A stretch of 64,000 bases of DNA from an uncultured delta proteobacterium (GCA_963711565.1 CAVQEQ010000004.1:1216001-1280000); one strand, 5' to 3'; counted from the first letter of the stretch, positions 39,987 through 50,367 are shown. Program-made: numbers and translations. The notes: generated by a model not told the origin, from the letters alone.

Positions 39987-40166
39987 ATGCAAGCACCCAA
40001 ACGCCGAAGTTCGCACTCGAAAAAGAACATGCGCCGCGCACATGATGCGCTGCGCGCCGTCAACCCCGGCTCGTGTGCCTCGTGCGGCGAGCCTGTGATG
40101 CCACATCGCATCTGCCGCCATTGTGGATCCTACCGCGGCCGCCAACTGGCCGAGATCAAGGAATAG
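39987..40166 (+). CDS. rpmF: 50S ribosomal protein L32 (Zn-binding form)
   Basis: Manual translation MQAPKRRSSHSKKNMRRAHDALRAVNPGSCASCGEPVMPHRICRHCGSYRGRQLAEIKE; below the ORF-track cutoff. Confidence 0.95.
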   Translation: MQAPKRRSSHSKKNMRRAHDALRAVNPGSCASCGEPVMPHRICRHCGSYRGRQLAEIKE

Positions 40167-40184
40167 GCGCGGCGGAGTACGACC

Positions 40185-41597
40185 GTGAAAATCGCGCTCG
40201 ACGCGATGGGAGGCGATCTCGCTCCCAAGGCGACTGTTGAGGGCGCCGTCCTCGCAGCCCGCGACTTCGGTATCGAGGTCGTGATGGTCGGTGACGGCGA
40301 GATCCTTGCGCGCGAACTCGCCGACCACGACGCCGCCAACCTGCCGATCCGGATCGAGCATGCGCCCGAAGTCGTGCTGATGGACGACTCGCCGCTCGAA
40401 TCCGTCCTGTCCAAGCCGCGCTCGTCGATTCACGTTGGGTTGGATCTTGTGAAGCGCGGCGACGCCAGCGCATTTGTCAGTGCCGGAAATTCCGGCGCGG
40501 TGATGACGGCGTCGATGATGATTTTGGGTAATCTCACGCACGTCGATCGGCCGGCGATCGCGTCGCTGGTGCCGACCAGCGAGGGATTCAGCCTGCTGAT
40601 CGACGCGGGTGCGAATACCGAGGTGAAACCGATTAACCTCGTGCAGTTCGCCGTGATGGGAAGCGTGTACTGGCGGCACGTGCGCAACGTATCGCGCCCG
40701 CGCGTCGGGATTCTCTCGAATGGCGAAGAGGCCTCGAAAGGCAACGACAACACGCGCGCGGCCGCGGCAATGCTAGAGCAGATGCCGACCTACGTGCATT
40801 ACATCGGGTACGTCGAGGGCCGCGATATCAACCGCGCCAAGGCAGATATCGTCGTTACCGACGGATTCACCGGCAACGTCGCGCTCAAGACGATGGAAGG
40901 GTTCTCGTCGTTCCTGCTCGGCAGCCTGCGCGGCGTGTTCGGCGGGAACTGGCGCACGCGGCTGGCGTATCTGCTGGTGCGGAAGAATCTCACCGCGATG
41001 CGCGAGCGGCTGGATCCGTCGGAATACGGCGGTGCGCCGCTGCTCGGCGTCAGCGGCGTGTCGATAATCGCGCACGGTTCGTCGAATCCCAAGGCGATAC
41101 GCAACGCGATTCGCGCGGCGGCAAACGAGCAACTCGTGCATCACGTTAACGCCGAGATCCTGGAAATCCTTGCAAAGATTCAACCGGTTGGAACGATCAA
41201 GCCTCCGGCCGGCAAGGGGATCCGGGCACTGTTCGGCAAAATGCGCGAGCGGCTGCACCGCCGCGAGAAGGAAGCTGAGGCGGCCAAGCAGGAAGAGTCG
41301 CAGCCTGCGCCTGAAGCAGCGACGACGCACGAGCCGCCGCCGGAGCACGCCGCGGAGAATCATGTCGATCCCAAAATCGAGCGGGCCAACTACGAATCGA
41401 CGCACTCGCGGGCGCGCGGCAGCGGTTCGCTTAAGAATGAAGCGCGGATCGAGACTGCGGACGTAGCCGCGGCGCCGGCGTCAACCAACGGCACGGCGGC
41501 GAGCGCCGACAAGTCGCACAAGTCGGGCGAGCTGCATACGCAGAATGAACCGGAAGCGGACGCGCATTTGCCCGAGCGTCCAAAGAGCGATTCTTGA
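40185..41597 (+). CDS. plsX: Phosphate acyltransferase PlsX with long C-terminal extension
   Basis: IALDAMGGD, SAGNSGA, DAGAN, GEE..KG, DGFTGNV, YGGAPLLG, HGSS. Confidence 0.93.
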   Translation: MKIALDAMGGDLAPKATVEGAVLAARDFGIEVVMVGDGEILARELADHDAANLPIRIEHAPEVVLMDDSPLESVLSKPRSSIHVGLDLVKRGDASAFVSAGNSGAVMTASMMILGNLTHVDRPAIASLVPTSEGFSLLIDAGANTEVKPINLVQFAVMGSVYWRHVRNVSRPRVGILSNGEEASKGNDNTRAAAAMLEQMPTYVHYIGYVEGRDINRAKADIVVTDGFTGNVALKTMEGFSSFLLGSLRGVFGGNWRTRLAYLLVRKNLTAMRERLDPSEYGGAPLLGVSGVSIIAHGSSNPKAIRNAIRAAANEQLVHHVNAEILEILAKIQPVGTIKPPAGKGIRALFGKMRERLHRREKEAEAAKQEESQPAPEAATTHEPPPEHAAENHVDPKIERANYESTHSRARGSGSLKNEARIETADVAAAPASTNGTAASADKSHKSGELHTQNEPEADAHLPERPKSDS

Positions 41598-41611
41598 GGC
41601 GCAGGCGTTAG

Positions 41612-42559
41612 ATGAAGCTGGCGTTTCTTTTTCCCGGGCAGGGATCGCAGCGGGTCGGGATGGGCAAGGAGCTTGCGGATAACTTTCCGGCCGCGCGCGA
41701 CACCTTCGAAGAAGCCGACGATGCACTGGGGTTCTCGCTGTCGAAACTATGCTTCGAAGGGCCGGAAGATGAGCTGCGGCTGACGGCCAACACTCAACCG
41801 GCGATGGTGACGGCGTCGATAGCGGCGCTGCGCGTCTATCGCAAGGAAATCGGCGGCGAGCCGGAAATCGCGGCGGGTCACAGCCTTGGCGAATACAGCG
41901 CTCTGGTCGCTGCCGGCGCGATCGAGTTTCCCGACGCGGTCCGCGCAGTGCGCGAGCGCGGGCGCCTGATGCAGGAAGCCGTGCCGCCGGGGCAGGGCGC
42001 GATGGCGGCGCTGATAGGCCTCGAGCTGCAACAAGTGCAGGAAATCTGCGCGGAGGTCACGCGCGACGGCAAGATCGCGGTGCCCGCCAATCTAAATGCG
42101 CCCGGCCAGGTCGCAATCGCCGGACATGCGGCGCCGGTGCGCAAAGCGCTGGAGATTGCCAAGGAGCGGGGCGCGTCGATGTCGGTGGAATTGAAGGTCA
42201 GCGCACCGTTTCACTGTCCGCTGATGCAACCGGCGCGCGACGGAATGGAGCCGGTGCTGCGGGCGCTGAAGGTCGGCGCATTCAAGTTTGGCGTGATCGC
42301 GAACGTCACCGCGGAAGTGAATCGCGATCCTGCCCGCGTGGTGCCGTTGCTACTTGAGCAGATTACGGCGCCGGTGAGATGGGAGGAATCGATGGGCGTG
42401 GTCGCGCGCAGCGGCGTCACCGACGCGATCGAATTCGGTTGCGGCCGGGTGCTGATGGGCCTGATGCGACGGACGTACCGGACGATTCGCGTCCGCCCGC
42501 TCGAGGATCTCGCGTCGTTGAAGGCGGTCGCGGAGCCGGCAACCGCCGCCAAGACCTGA
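41612..42559 (+). CDS. fabD: Malonyl-CoA:ACP transacylase
   Basis: FPGQGSQ, GHSLGEY, VSAPFH. Confidence 0.95.
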   Translation: MKLAFLFPGQGSQRVGMGKELADNFPAARDTFEEADDALGFSLSKLCFEGPEDELRLTANTQPAMVTASIAALRVYRKEIGGEPEIAAGHSLGEYSALVAAGAIEFPDAVRAVRERGRLMQEAVPPGQGAMAALIGLELQQVQEICAEVTRDGKIAVPANLNAPGQVAIAGHAAPVRKALEIAKERGASMSVELKVSAPFHCPLMQPARDGMEPVLRALKVGAFKFGVIANVTAEVNRDPARVVPLLLEQITAPVRWEESMGVVARSGVTDAIEFGCGRVLMGLMRRTYRTIRVRPLEDLASLKAVAEPATAAKT

Positions 42560-42717
42560 CCGGCACCTTGCGTCCGCGCCTTTCAGTCCTTATGCTCCCC
42601 TGATAATTTAATCCCGACCCCTCGCCCGTTACCTCTGGTCTTCGCGGCAGTGGGATAGTGTTAGAATATTGATTAGCGGCCTAACGACGGCTCGCTGCCA
42701 GGAGGAACGACAGCACG

Positions 42718-42957
42718 ATGGCTCAAGACATCGAAACCAAGGTTCGCGAGAAGATAAGCGAGCAACTGGGCGTGGCCGCGGACGAAGTAACTCCGGAGGC
42801 CTCGTTTATCGAGGACCTGGGCGCCGACTCACTCGACATCGTCGAGCTGGTGATGGCGCTGGAAGAGGAGTTCAACATCGAAATCTCCGACGAGGACGCC
42901 GAGAAGATTCGCACCGTCAAGGACGTCGTCACCTATATCGAGGCTCACAAGAGCTGA
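42718..42957 (+). CDS. acpP: Acyl carrier protein
   Basis: [20 protein letters not shown]. Confidence 0.97.
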   Translation: MAQDIETKVREKISEQLGVAADEVTPEASFIEDLGADSLDIVELVMALEEEFNIEISDEDAEKIRTVKDVVTYIEAHKS

Positions 42958-43034
42958 AGCCACGCGCCGCAAAACTCGCTCGTTACAAGTCGCCGGCCCC
43001 TCGGCGACGCGCCGGAAGGATCCGGAGCTAGGTC

Positions 43035-43544
43035 ATGCGGTGCCCATTCTGCCGCAATCGGAAGAACCGTGTGGTCGATTCGCGGATGTCGAACGACGGC
43101 ATGATGATACGGCGCCGTCGCTCGTGCGGGGCATGCAAGCGGCGCTTCACTACTTACGAACGGGTCGAAGAAGCGGCGCCGATGGTCGTCAAGAAGGACG
43201 GTCGCCGCGAACCGTTCGACCGCGCGAAGATAATCGCCGGCCTCACGCGCGCGTGCGAGAAGCGGCCGGTCTCGATGGAAACGATCGAGCAGATCGCCGG
43301 CAGCATCGAGACCACGATGGCGGAGCAGGGCGATCGCGAGGTTGCAAGCAACGCGATCGGAGCAGCGGTGATGAACGAGCTGCACAAGATCGACCAGGTC
43401 GCGTACGTGCGCTTCGCGTCGGTGTATCGCTCATTCAAGGATATCGACGAGTTCATGCACGAGCTCGAAGACCTCATCAATCAACGCAAGCATGCGCCCG
43501 CATCGCGCGCCGCCGGTGAAAAGAAAGGCAGCGGTTCCTCCTGA
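43035..43544 (+). CDS. nrdR: Transcriptional repressor NrdR
   Basis: MRCPFC, RRRRSC, RFTTYE, ATP cone, AYVRFASVY. Confidence 0.96.
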   Translation: MRCPFCRNRKNRVVDSRMSNDGMMIRRRRSCGACKRRFTTYERVEEAAPMVVKKDGRREPFDRAKIIAGLTRACEKRPVSMETIEQIAGSIETTMAEQGDREVASNAIGAAVMNELHKIDQVAYVRFASVYRSFKDIDEFMHELEDLINQRKHAPASRAAGEKKGSGSS

Positions 43545-44658
43545 TTCGGCCAAGATTCGGGACGCGCGCTTCATGCGCGAGGCGCTCGCGCTGGCGCAGG
43601 ACCGGCTCGGGCTCACCACTCCCAATCCCGCGGTAGGATGCGTGATCGTGCGCGGCGACAAGGTCGTCGGGCGCGGCGTCACCGGTATTGGCGGGCGTCC
43701 GCACGGCGAGACGCAGGCGCTCGCCGTCGCGGGCGCGCTCGCGCGCGGCGCGACGGCGTACGTCTCATTCGAGCCGTGCGCGCATTTCGGGCAGACGCCA
43801 CCATGCGCGAACGGGCTGGTGGCGGCGGGCGTCAAGCGCGTCGTCATCGGGTGCGGCGATCCCGACCCGCGCGTCAGCGGGCGCGGGATCGCAATCCTCA
43901 AGCGGGCGAGGATCAAGGTCACTGCTGGAGTGCTCGAAGACGAAGCGCGGCGGCTGAACGAAGGGTTCATCACGCGGCTGAGGCTTGGGCGGCCGCTGGG
44001 GATACTGAAGCTGGCGATGTCGATAGACGGGCGAATCGCCGCGGCGAGCGGCGATTCGCGCTGGATCAGTTCGCGCGAATCGCGCGAACTGGTGCATCGA
44101 TGGCGGCGCGAATGCGACGCCGTGATGGTCGGCGCGGGCACTGTGATTGCGGACAATCCGCGGCTGACCTGCAGAATCGCGGGCGGGCGCGATCCGGTGC
44201 GCGTCATCGTCAACGCGCGGCTACGCACGTCGCCGACGGCGCGCGTGTATCGGCAGCGGTCGAGCGCGGCCACCGTACTGGTGACCACGCCTGCGAACCT
44301 CGCTCGCGCGCGAGACAAGTATGAGAGCAGCCGCGTTGAAGTGCTCGCGGTGGCGGCATCCGACGGCACGATCGAGCTGGATCGGCTGATGTTTGAATTT
44401 GGGCATCGCGGATGGTGTCGCGTGTTGATCGAAGGGGGCGCCAATCTCGCCGGTTCGGCGCTGAGCGCGGGCATCGTGGATCGAGTGGCATTCTTTGTGG
44501 CGCCGAAAATCATCGGCGCGGGTTTGTCCGCGATCGGTGGAATGAAGGCGCGCGAGGTCCGCGATTCCGTGCAGCTTGAAAATCTGTCGGCGCGCGCGGT
44601 CGGCGACGATTGGCTGCTAGAGGGCCGCATCATCGCCCGAAAGGGCCGCACTGGTTAG
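43516..44658 (+). CDS. ribD: Bifunctional riboflavin deaminase/reductase RibD (start uncertain)
   Basis: [39 protein letters not shown]. Confidence 0.93.
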   Translation: MKRKAAVPPDSAKIRDARFMREALALAQDRLGLTTPNPAVGCVIVRGDKVVGRGVTGIGGRPHGETQALAVAGALARGATAYVSFEPCAHFGQTPPCANGLVAAGVKRVVIGCGDPDPRVSGRGIAILKRARIKVTAGVLEDEARRLNEGFITRLRLGRPLGILKLAMSIDGRIAAASGDSRWISSRESRELVHRWRRECDAVMVGAGTVIADNPRLTCRIAGGRDPVRVIVNARLRTSPTARVYRQRSSAATVLVTTPANLARARDKYESSRVEVLAVAASDGTIELDRLMFEFGHRGWCRVLIEGGANLAGSALSAGIVDRVAFFVAPKIIGAGLSAIGGMKAREVRDSVQLENLSARAVGDDWLLEGRIIARKGRTG

Positions 44659-44702
44659 GTCGTCTGGCCGGTGATAATATCGCCATCGTTGAACTGAATC
44701 AG

Positions 44703-45914
44703 ATGGCATCGGCTTCTTTAGAAGAAATTTTCTCCACCCTGCGCGACGGAAAGATGGTCGTGATGGTTGCGGAGGAGCGCGAGGACGCTGAGGGCGACCT
44801 CGTGATGGCGGCCGAAAAAATCACGCCCGACGACATCAATTTCATGGCGCGCGAAGCCCGCGGCGTGATCTCCGTCGCGATTCCCGAGAAGCGCTTCCGC
44901 GCGCTGGGGATCCCGCTCCAGCCTTCAACCGACAACGGCGATTCCAACGAGCAGGCCGGCGTGCTGATTGACGCGCGCGAAGGCGCGACAACCGGCATTT
45001 CGGCCGGCGACCGCGCGCGCGTGATTTCGGTGGTCGCGTTCGAGGAATCGCGCCACGACGACATCGTCATGCCCGGACACATCCTGCCGTTGATGGCACT
45101 GAGCGGGGGCGTGATGGTGCGAATCGGGCGCGCAGAGGGCGCGGTCGATCTGATGCGCTCGGCGGGGATGGGCCCGGTCGCCGCGCTATGCACGATATTG
45201 CGGGAAGACGGCGAGGCGGCGCGGCTCGGGGAACTGCGCGAGTTCGCGGCGCGGCATTCGATTCCGATAGTTTACGTCAAGGAACTCGTTTCGCACCGCT
45301 TGACGAATGAAGTTCTGGTTAAGCGCGTTTCCGAGGAGCCGTTTCCAATCGAGGGCGGTATGCTGAATGCCGTCGTGTTCCGTAACGTCGTCAACGGCCG
45401 CGAGCATCTTGCGCTGATCAAGGGGCATGTCGGCGGCGGACGCACGGCACTGGTGCGGCTTCATTCGGAGTGCCTGACCGGCGACGTGTTTGCGTCGGCG
45501 CGATGCGACTGCGGCGAGCAGTTGCAGGAGGCGCTCGAGCGCATCATGGCGGCCGAGCGCGGCGTCGTGATTTATCTGCATCAAGAGGGGCGCGGAATCG
45601 GGCTCGGGAACAAGATTCGTGCGTACGCCCTGCAGGACAACGGGATGGACACGGTCGAAGCGAACCTGCATCTCGGCTTCGACGAGGACCTGCGCGATTA
45701 CGGCATCGGCGCGCAAATACTGCGCGATCTCGGCGTCGGCGAGGTGCAGTTGCTGACCAACAATCCGCACAAGATCGAAAGCCTGCGCCGTTACGGGGTG
45801 AACGTTTCGCGCGTGCCGATCGAAGTCACGCCGCATGCGGGAAATATCGGATACCTGAAAACCAAGAAGGAAAAACTCGGCCACCTGTTTTCTGAGCTGA
45901 AGCTGATCACTTGA
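44703..45914 (+). CDS. ribA: RibBA-type protein: degenerate DHBP-synthase domain plus intact GTP cyclohydrolase II
   Basis: GCHII motifs [32 protein letters not shown] are intact; RibB motifs are substituted. Confidence 0.88.
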   Translation: MASASLEEIFSTLRDGKMVVMVAEEREDAEGDLVMAAEKITPDDINFMAREARGVISVAIPEKRFRALGIPLQPSTDNGDSNEQAGVLIDAREGATTGISAGDRARVISVVAFEESRHDDIVMPGHILPLMALSGGVMVRIGRAEGAVDLMRSAGMGPVAALCTILREDGEAARLGELREFAARHSIPIVYVKELVSHRLTNEVLVKRVSEEPFPIEGGMLNAVVFRNVVNGREHLALIKGHVGGGRTALVRLHSECLTGDVFASARCDCGEQLQEALERIMAAERGVVIYLHQEGRGIGLGNKIRAYALQDNGMDTVEANLHLGFDEDLRDYGIGAQILRDLGVGEVQLLTNNPHKIESLRRYGVNVSRVPIEVTPHAGNIGYLKTKKEKLGHLFSELKLIT

Positions 45915-45960
45915 GAGAGCAAGCCGGCGCGTCTGCGCCGTCCGCGACTGTGGAATTGCA

Positions 45961-46407
45961 ATGGGACTAAGACATCAGGGGCGCGAGCTTGCGCTCAAGG
46001 CCCTGTACCGGATCGATATCTGCGGCGGCGCCAGCAGCGACGACCTGACCGCGCTGTTCGAGAGTTTCCCGGTCGAGGATGACGCGCGCAGGTTTGCCGT
46101 CCAATTGATGGAAGGGGTGCGGCGCGAGCAGCCGGCGCTCGACAAGCATCTGGCGGACGCGCTGGAACATTGGTCGGTCAAGCGGCTGTCGCGCGTCGAT
46201 CATAACGTGATGCGAATCGCGCTCTACGAATTGATCAGGATGGAGGACATTCCGGCGCGCGTGACGATCGACGAAGCGATCGAGCTGGCGAAGTGCTACG
46301 GCGACATCGAGTCGGGCCGCTTCGTCAACGGTGTGCTGGACGAAATTGCGGGACGGTTGGGGCTCAAGCAGAAGGGCGAGGATGTCACGCTACCCAAGGC
46401 CGAGTAG
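45961..46407 (+). CDS. nusB: Transcription antitermination factor NusB
   Basis: RELAL..LY, WS..RL..VD, IDEAIELAK, FVNGVLD. Confidence 0.93.
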   Translation: MGLRHQGRELALKALYRIDICGGASSDDLTALFESFPVEDDARRFAVQLMEGVRREQPALDKHLADALEHWSVKRLSRVDHNVMRIALYELIRMEDIPARVTIDEAIELAKCYGDIESGRFVNGVLDEIAGRLGLKQKGEDVTLPKAE

Positions 46408-46987
46408 GCTGCTCGGCTTCGCGATTGCCGCCGGGCTCTTTTTGTCCGGGTGCGGCTATCACTTCGCGGCTTCCGGCGATGTGCTGCCGAAAAACGCCCA
46501 GACGATTTACGTCGCGAGATTCGGTAATGGCACGCGCATAACCGGAGTCAACGACGAGTTGATGCGGTATATTAAAGACGAAATTGCATCCCATGACCGG
46601 CTAACGATCGTGGACAGTCGGGACGCGGCCGACTTGCAGCTGTCGGGTGAAGTCAGGGTCAGCATCGATGCGCCGATAAACTTCAACACGGCGCTCGAGC
46701 CGACGAGTTACCGCAACAGCCTGATAGTCTCGGCGACACTCAAAGATCTGCATGCGGGAAAAGTGATCTGGAGCAGCCGCAGTATCACCAGCTCGCAACA
46801 TGCTTCGGCCGTCGCGCAAACGATCGTGAGCACCACGCCGACTTTTCTGCAGCAGAACCTGCGCGGCGGCGACCTCTCGCAGATGTCCGATCTCCAGGTG
46901 GCGCAATCGCAGACCGCGTTCGCGCGCGACCAGATGATGCAGAGGCTCGCGGCGAACCTCTACACCGAGATGGCGGAAGGCTTCTAG
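46382..46987 (+). CDS. lptE: LptE-family lipoprotein
   Basis: Lipobox LSGCGYH; position upstream of holA. Confidence 0.75.
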   Translation: MSRYPRPSRLLGFAIAAGLFLSGCGYHFAASGDVLPKNAQTIYVARFGNGTRITGVNDELMRYIKDEIASHDRLTIVDSRDAADLQLSGEVRVSIDAPINFNTALEPTSYRNSLIVSATLKDLHAGKVIWSSRSITSSQHASAVAQTIVSTTPTFLQQNLRGGDLSQMSDLQVAQSQTAFARDQMMQRLAANLYTEMAEGF

Positions 46988-47017
46988 CCGGGGCGCGCGC
47001 TGAGGATCTTTTGCCGT

Positions 47018-48091
47018 ATGCCGCTTGAAACCGCGCTCGCGTACATTCGAGCAGCGGGCGGGGAGCAGCAAAAGCGAATCCCGCCGGTGGTGGTGATTTT
47101 CGGCCCGCACGCATTTCTGCGCGAATACGTTCTCGATTCGATTGTTCGCAAGCTCGTCGGCGACGGATGCCAGTATCGCAGCTTTCAGATCGGTGCCGGT
47201 GATGACTACGGCGCGGCGCTGAACGAGCTGAGCGCGCCCGATTTGTTCGCACCCCGGCGCGCGATCGCATGCCGAATTCTGAAATCGCGCCGGGACAAGG
47301 CGGAGACTGCGGGCGATGTTGACGCCGGCGACACGCGCGCGTCGGGCAGCTCAGGGTCTGAGGCAGCCCTGGTGGCGGCAATCGAGTCGGCGCGCGGCCC
47401 GGGCAGCCTCATCCTGCTCTACGAAAAGGACAATGCGCCGGCCAAGGTGCGGCGCGCAGCGGAAAAGTCGGCGCTGCTCGTGAATTGCATGCGTCCGTTC
47501 GACAACCAGATCGAGCAATACGTCAACGCGTTCGCGAATTCGCTGGGATTGAAACTGTCGCCGGCTGCGATCGACCTGGTTATTTCACGGCATGGCGGAG
47601 ATTTGGCGGCTGTCGCCAATACGCTCGGCAAAGTGACGATCTTCGCCGAACCGGGCAAGGCAGTGCAGCCGGGCGATCTCGATGAGGGCGCGCGGCGGAT
47701 GCCGGAAGCATTCGAGTTGGCGGAGAGCGTCGCGCGCGGCCGGGCCACGGCAGCGCTGGCGCAGTTGGGGCGCGCGCTTGCGCTCGGGCGCGAGGTGTTC
47801 GAGATCCTGGCAGTCGAGATAATCCCGATGATGCGCCGGATGACGATCGCGGCCTCGATGATGTCGTCGCGAAGGAGTCCGGGTGACGTGGCCGTGGCGC
47901 TGGGATTGCCGCCGCAAAGCGGGTTGGCGACGCGCGCAATCGAAGGGGCGCGGCGCTTCGGGCCGGCGCGGCTGGAACGCGCCTACTGGCGCGCGTGCGC
48001 GATGGATGCGGGATTCAAGGACGGTACGATCAAGGAGCGCGAGGAAGCGCTTGCGGGATTGATCCTCGATCTGATGGGCGCGCCCGACTAG
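47018..48091 (+). CDS. holA: DNA polymerase III delta subunit
   Basis: Position between lptE and convergent rpsT; LF..RR, FELAE, D..FK.G C-terminal pattern; divergent sequence. Confidence 0.75.
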   Translation: MPLETALAYIRAAGGEQQKRIPPVVVIFGPHAFLREYVLDSIVRKLVGDGCQYRSFQIGAGDDYGAALNELSAPDLFAPRRAIACRILKSRRDKAETAGDVDAGDTRASGSSGSEAALVAAIESARGPGSLILLYEKDNAPAKVRRAAEKSALLVNCMRPFDNQIEQYVNAFANSLGLKLSPAAIDLVISRHGGDLAAVANTLGKVTIFAEPGKAVQPGDLDEGARRMPEAFELAESVARGRATAALAQLGRALALGREVFEILAVEIIPMMRRMTIAASMMSSRRSPGDVAVALGLPPQSGLATRAIEGARRFGPARLERAYWRACAMDAGFKDGTIKEREEALAGLILDLMGAPD

Positions 48092-48115
48092 AAACCGCTC
48101 GCTCGAGCGGTCACC

Positions 48116-48403
48116 CTACGCTTTCTTGCCGAACTTGCGATGCAGGCTGGCGGACAGCCGCGCGACTTTGCGGCGCACCGTATTGCGATGCATCGTGCCG
48201 CTGCTGATCGCCTTGTACAGCACCTTGGTGGCCTGCTTGAGCGCTTCATTCGCCTTCGCCTGGTCGGTGCTCGTCGCGATAGTTTCCGCGGCGGTCTTGG
48301 CCAGCGTGCGGGCACGTGTGCGGACGACGCGGTTGCGCTCGGCGCGTTTAAGACTTTGCCGATGACGCTTCTCGGCCGATGGATGAATGGGAATATGAGG
48401 CAT
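48116..48403 (-). CDS. rpsT: 30S ribosomal protein S20
   Basis: SAEKRHRQS.KR..RN, HRNTVRRK.ARL. Confidence 0.93.
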   Translation of the reverse strand: MPHIPIHPSAEKRHRQSLKRAERNRVVRTRARTLAKTAAETIATSTDQAKANEALKQATKVLYKAISSGTMHRNTVRRKVARLSASLHRKFGKKA

Positions 48404-48473
48404 AACCAGTCACTTGTAACAGTGAGCGAGGGCGGGGGCAATACACGATCGAGTTATACCGGCATCAGAGCCG

Positions 48474-48746
48474 CTATTCCCGATTCTTCTTGAGGGCGTC
48501 CAGAATGAGATCGCGCCGCCGCATATCCGGTTCGTCCTTAAGACTGGACAGCGCCAATTCGTTTCTTTCGGCGGCAGGCAGGTTCAAGCACGGACGGCAC
48601 ACGCCATGGACGAGCAACGCTTGATTGGGGTCTATCCCGAAGTGTCGGCGGAGCATTTCCCGCGCCTCGGCGCTAAGCGGAAACTGATCGATCTTGGCTT
48701 CTCGCAACGTCCTGCCGCACAGCACGCATGTCATAAAACCTTCCAT
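48474..48746 (-). CDS. Small hypothetical protein with two CxxC motifs
   Basis: CVLC ... CRPC; protein-like composition. Confidence 0.55.
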   Translation of the reverse strand: MEGFMTCVLCGRTLREAKIDQFPLSAEAREMLRRHFGIDPNQALLVHGVCRPCLNLPAAERNELALSSLKDEPDMRRRDLILDALKKNRE

Positions 48747-48884
48747 GACCCGAGAAGATCACGCCATCTCTCAGTCCACGCTACCGTATCCGTCATGTCC
48801 GCCTCGACTGCAGGCGGGTGCCTGCAATTACCAAACCGGTCGTAATTCAGATTGGTTGGGAGGGTTACGCCGCTGACGTTAGAT

Positions 48885-49697
48885 TCAAGTCCGGCCGGTC
48901 GCGCGCAAAGCGGCTTTCGCCTCGTTCCACAGCGCGTCGATTTCAGCCGGGGTCATCGCTTTGGGATCGAGGCCTCGCGCGGCCGCGATTCTTGCGACCT
49001 CGTCGAAGCGCACGACGAACTTGTCGCAGGCGGCGCGCAGCGTCTGCTCGGCATCCATCCCGATGAAGCGAGGCGCGTTGGCAATCGCGAGCATCAGGTC
49101 GCCGATCTCCTCGGCAATGTGAGCGGTGTCACCGCGGTCGAGCGCCTGCTCGACCTCGTCGAGCTCCTCGCGCGCCTGCGCGATCACCTCGCGGATGTTG
49201 GCCCAATCCATGCCGGCACGGCGGGCTTTCTCGCCGAGCTTCTCCGCGCGCATCATCGAGGGCAATCCGCGGCCTACATGAGCGAGGCTCTTGGCGCCGT
49301 CCGGATTCTTGCTCGCGCGCTCCCGCAGTTTCATTCGCTCCCAGATTTCCTGAACTTGCTCGATCGACTCGGCGCGTTCGTCTCCGTAAACATGCGGATT
49401 GCGCCGGATGAGTTTTTCGGCGCTGTAACGCATGATCGTCGCAATGTTGGACTTTGAGTGCTCGCCGAGAATCAAGCTCGTGAACAGGCATTGAATCATC
49501 ACGTCGCCGAGCTCCTCGGCCGCTTCGGAAAGGTTGCCGCGGGCGATCGCCTCAGCCACCTCATACGCTTCCTCGATCAGCCGGTGCGGGGTATCGGCGA
49601 GCTTCTGTGCTCGATCCCACGGATCGCGCACACGCAGTTCGGCAATGACCTCGAGCAGTCTGGAGAATGCTTGCGCAGCGGTGTTGTCCTCGCTCAT
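48885..49697 (-). CDS. mazG: Nucleoside triphosphate pyrophosphohydrolase MazG
   Basis: PWD, EEAYEV, EELGD, KLIRRNPHVY, second EE..E...EEIGD domain. Confidence 0.9.
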   Translation of the reverse strand: MSEDNTAAQAFSRLLEVIAELRVRDPWDRAQKLADTPHRLIEEAYEVAEAIARGNLSEAAEELGDVMIQCLFTSLILGEHSKSNIATIMRYSAEKLIRRNPHVYGDERAESIEQVQEIWERMKLRERASKNPDGAKSLAHVGRGLPSMMRAEKLGEKARRAGMDWANIREVIAQAREELDEVEQALDRGDTAHIAEEIGDLMLAIANAPRFIGMDAEQTLRAACDKFVVRFDEVARIAAARGLDPKAMTPAEIDALWNEAKAALRATGRT

Positions 49698-49704
49698 GGC
49701 AGAG

Positions 49705-50367
49705 TTACGGTTTGACGATTGGGTCGAGGACCTTTTCGGTCAGGAAGTTCGACAGGTCTTGCAAGCCTTCGGCGGTTATCTCGTGGCCGCAATCGTACTC
49801 GCGATACGTGAGCGGCACCTTCAGCGCACGCAGCGATTCCACCGACGATCGCGCGCGTGTGATTTCGATCATCTCGTCAGCGCGGCCGTGCTGAACCAGC
49901 GTTGGCAGCGCTTCGAGAGCGGCTGGATCGTTGACCTGATCTTTCAGATCGGCTGGAAAGACCGTCGAGAGTGCGACCAGCGCCGCGAACTTCGACGGGT
50001 TTCGAATCGCGAGCCGGTAGGCCATCATGCCGCCCTGGCTGAAGCCGAGCACGACCAGCTTCTTTCGATCGACGGGGTATTTCTTCAGCGCCTCGTTGAG
50101 AAACTCGGTGACCATTTTGTTGGCGTCGTCGATTGCGGTGCGATCGGGCGACGCGCCCATCCGAATCGGAAACCATGCATAGCCGCGCGTCGGACCGATC
50201 GGCACTTCCATCGGACCCTGCGGGCAAATCACCATGAAGCGGCCGTCCGCGATGTACGGCGCGAGACCCAGCAGATCGAGCGCGCTGGCGCCGAACCCAT
50301 GCATCGCGATTAGCGTCGGATGCGGTCCCTCGCCGGCGGGCTCATAGACGGTATGGATCAGTCGCAT
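49705..50367 (-). CDS. Phospholipase/carboxylesterase alpha/beta hydrolase
   Basis: HGFG, GFSQG nucleophile, HG..D, GHEI. Confidence 0.9.
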   Translation of the reverse strand: MRLIHTVYEPAGEGPHPTLIAMHGFGASALDLLGLAPYIADGRFMVICPQGPMEVPIGPTRGYAWFPIRMGASPDRTAIDDANKMVTEFLNEALKKYPVDRKKLVVLGFSQGGMMAYRLAIRNPSKFAALVALSTVFPADLKDQVNDPAALEALPTLVQHGRADEMIEITRARSSVESLRALKVPLTYREYDCGHEITAEGLQDLSNFLTEKVLDPIVKP

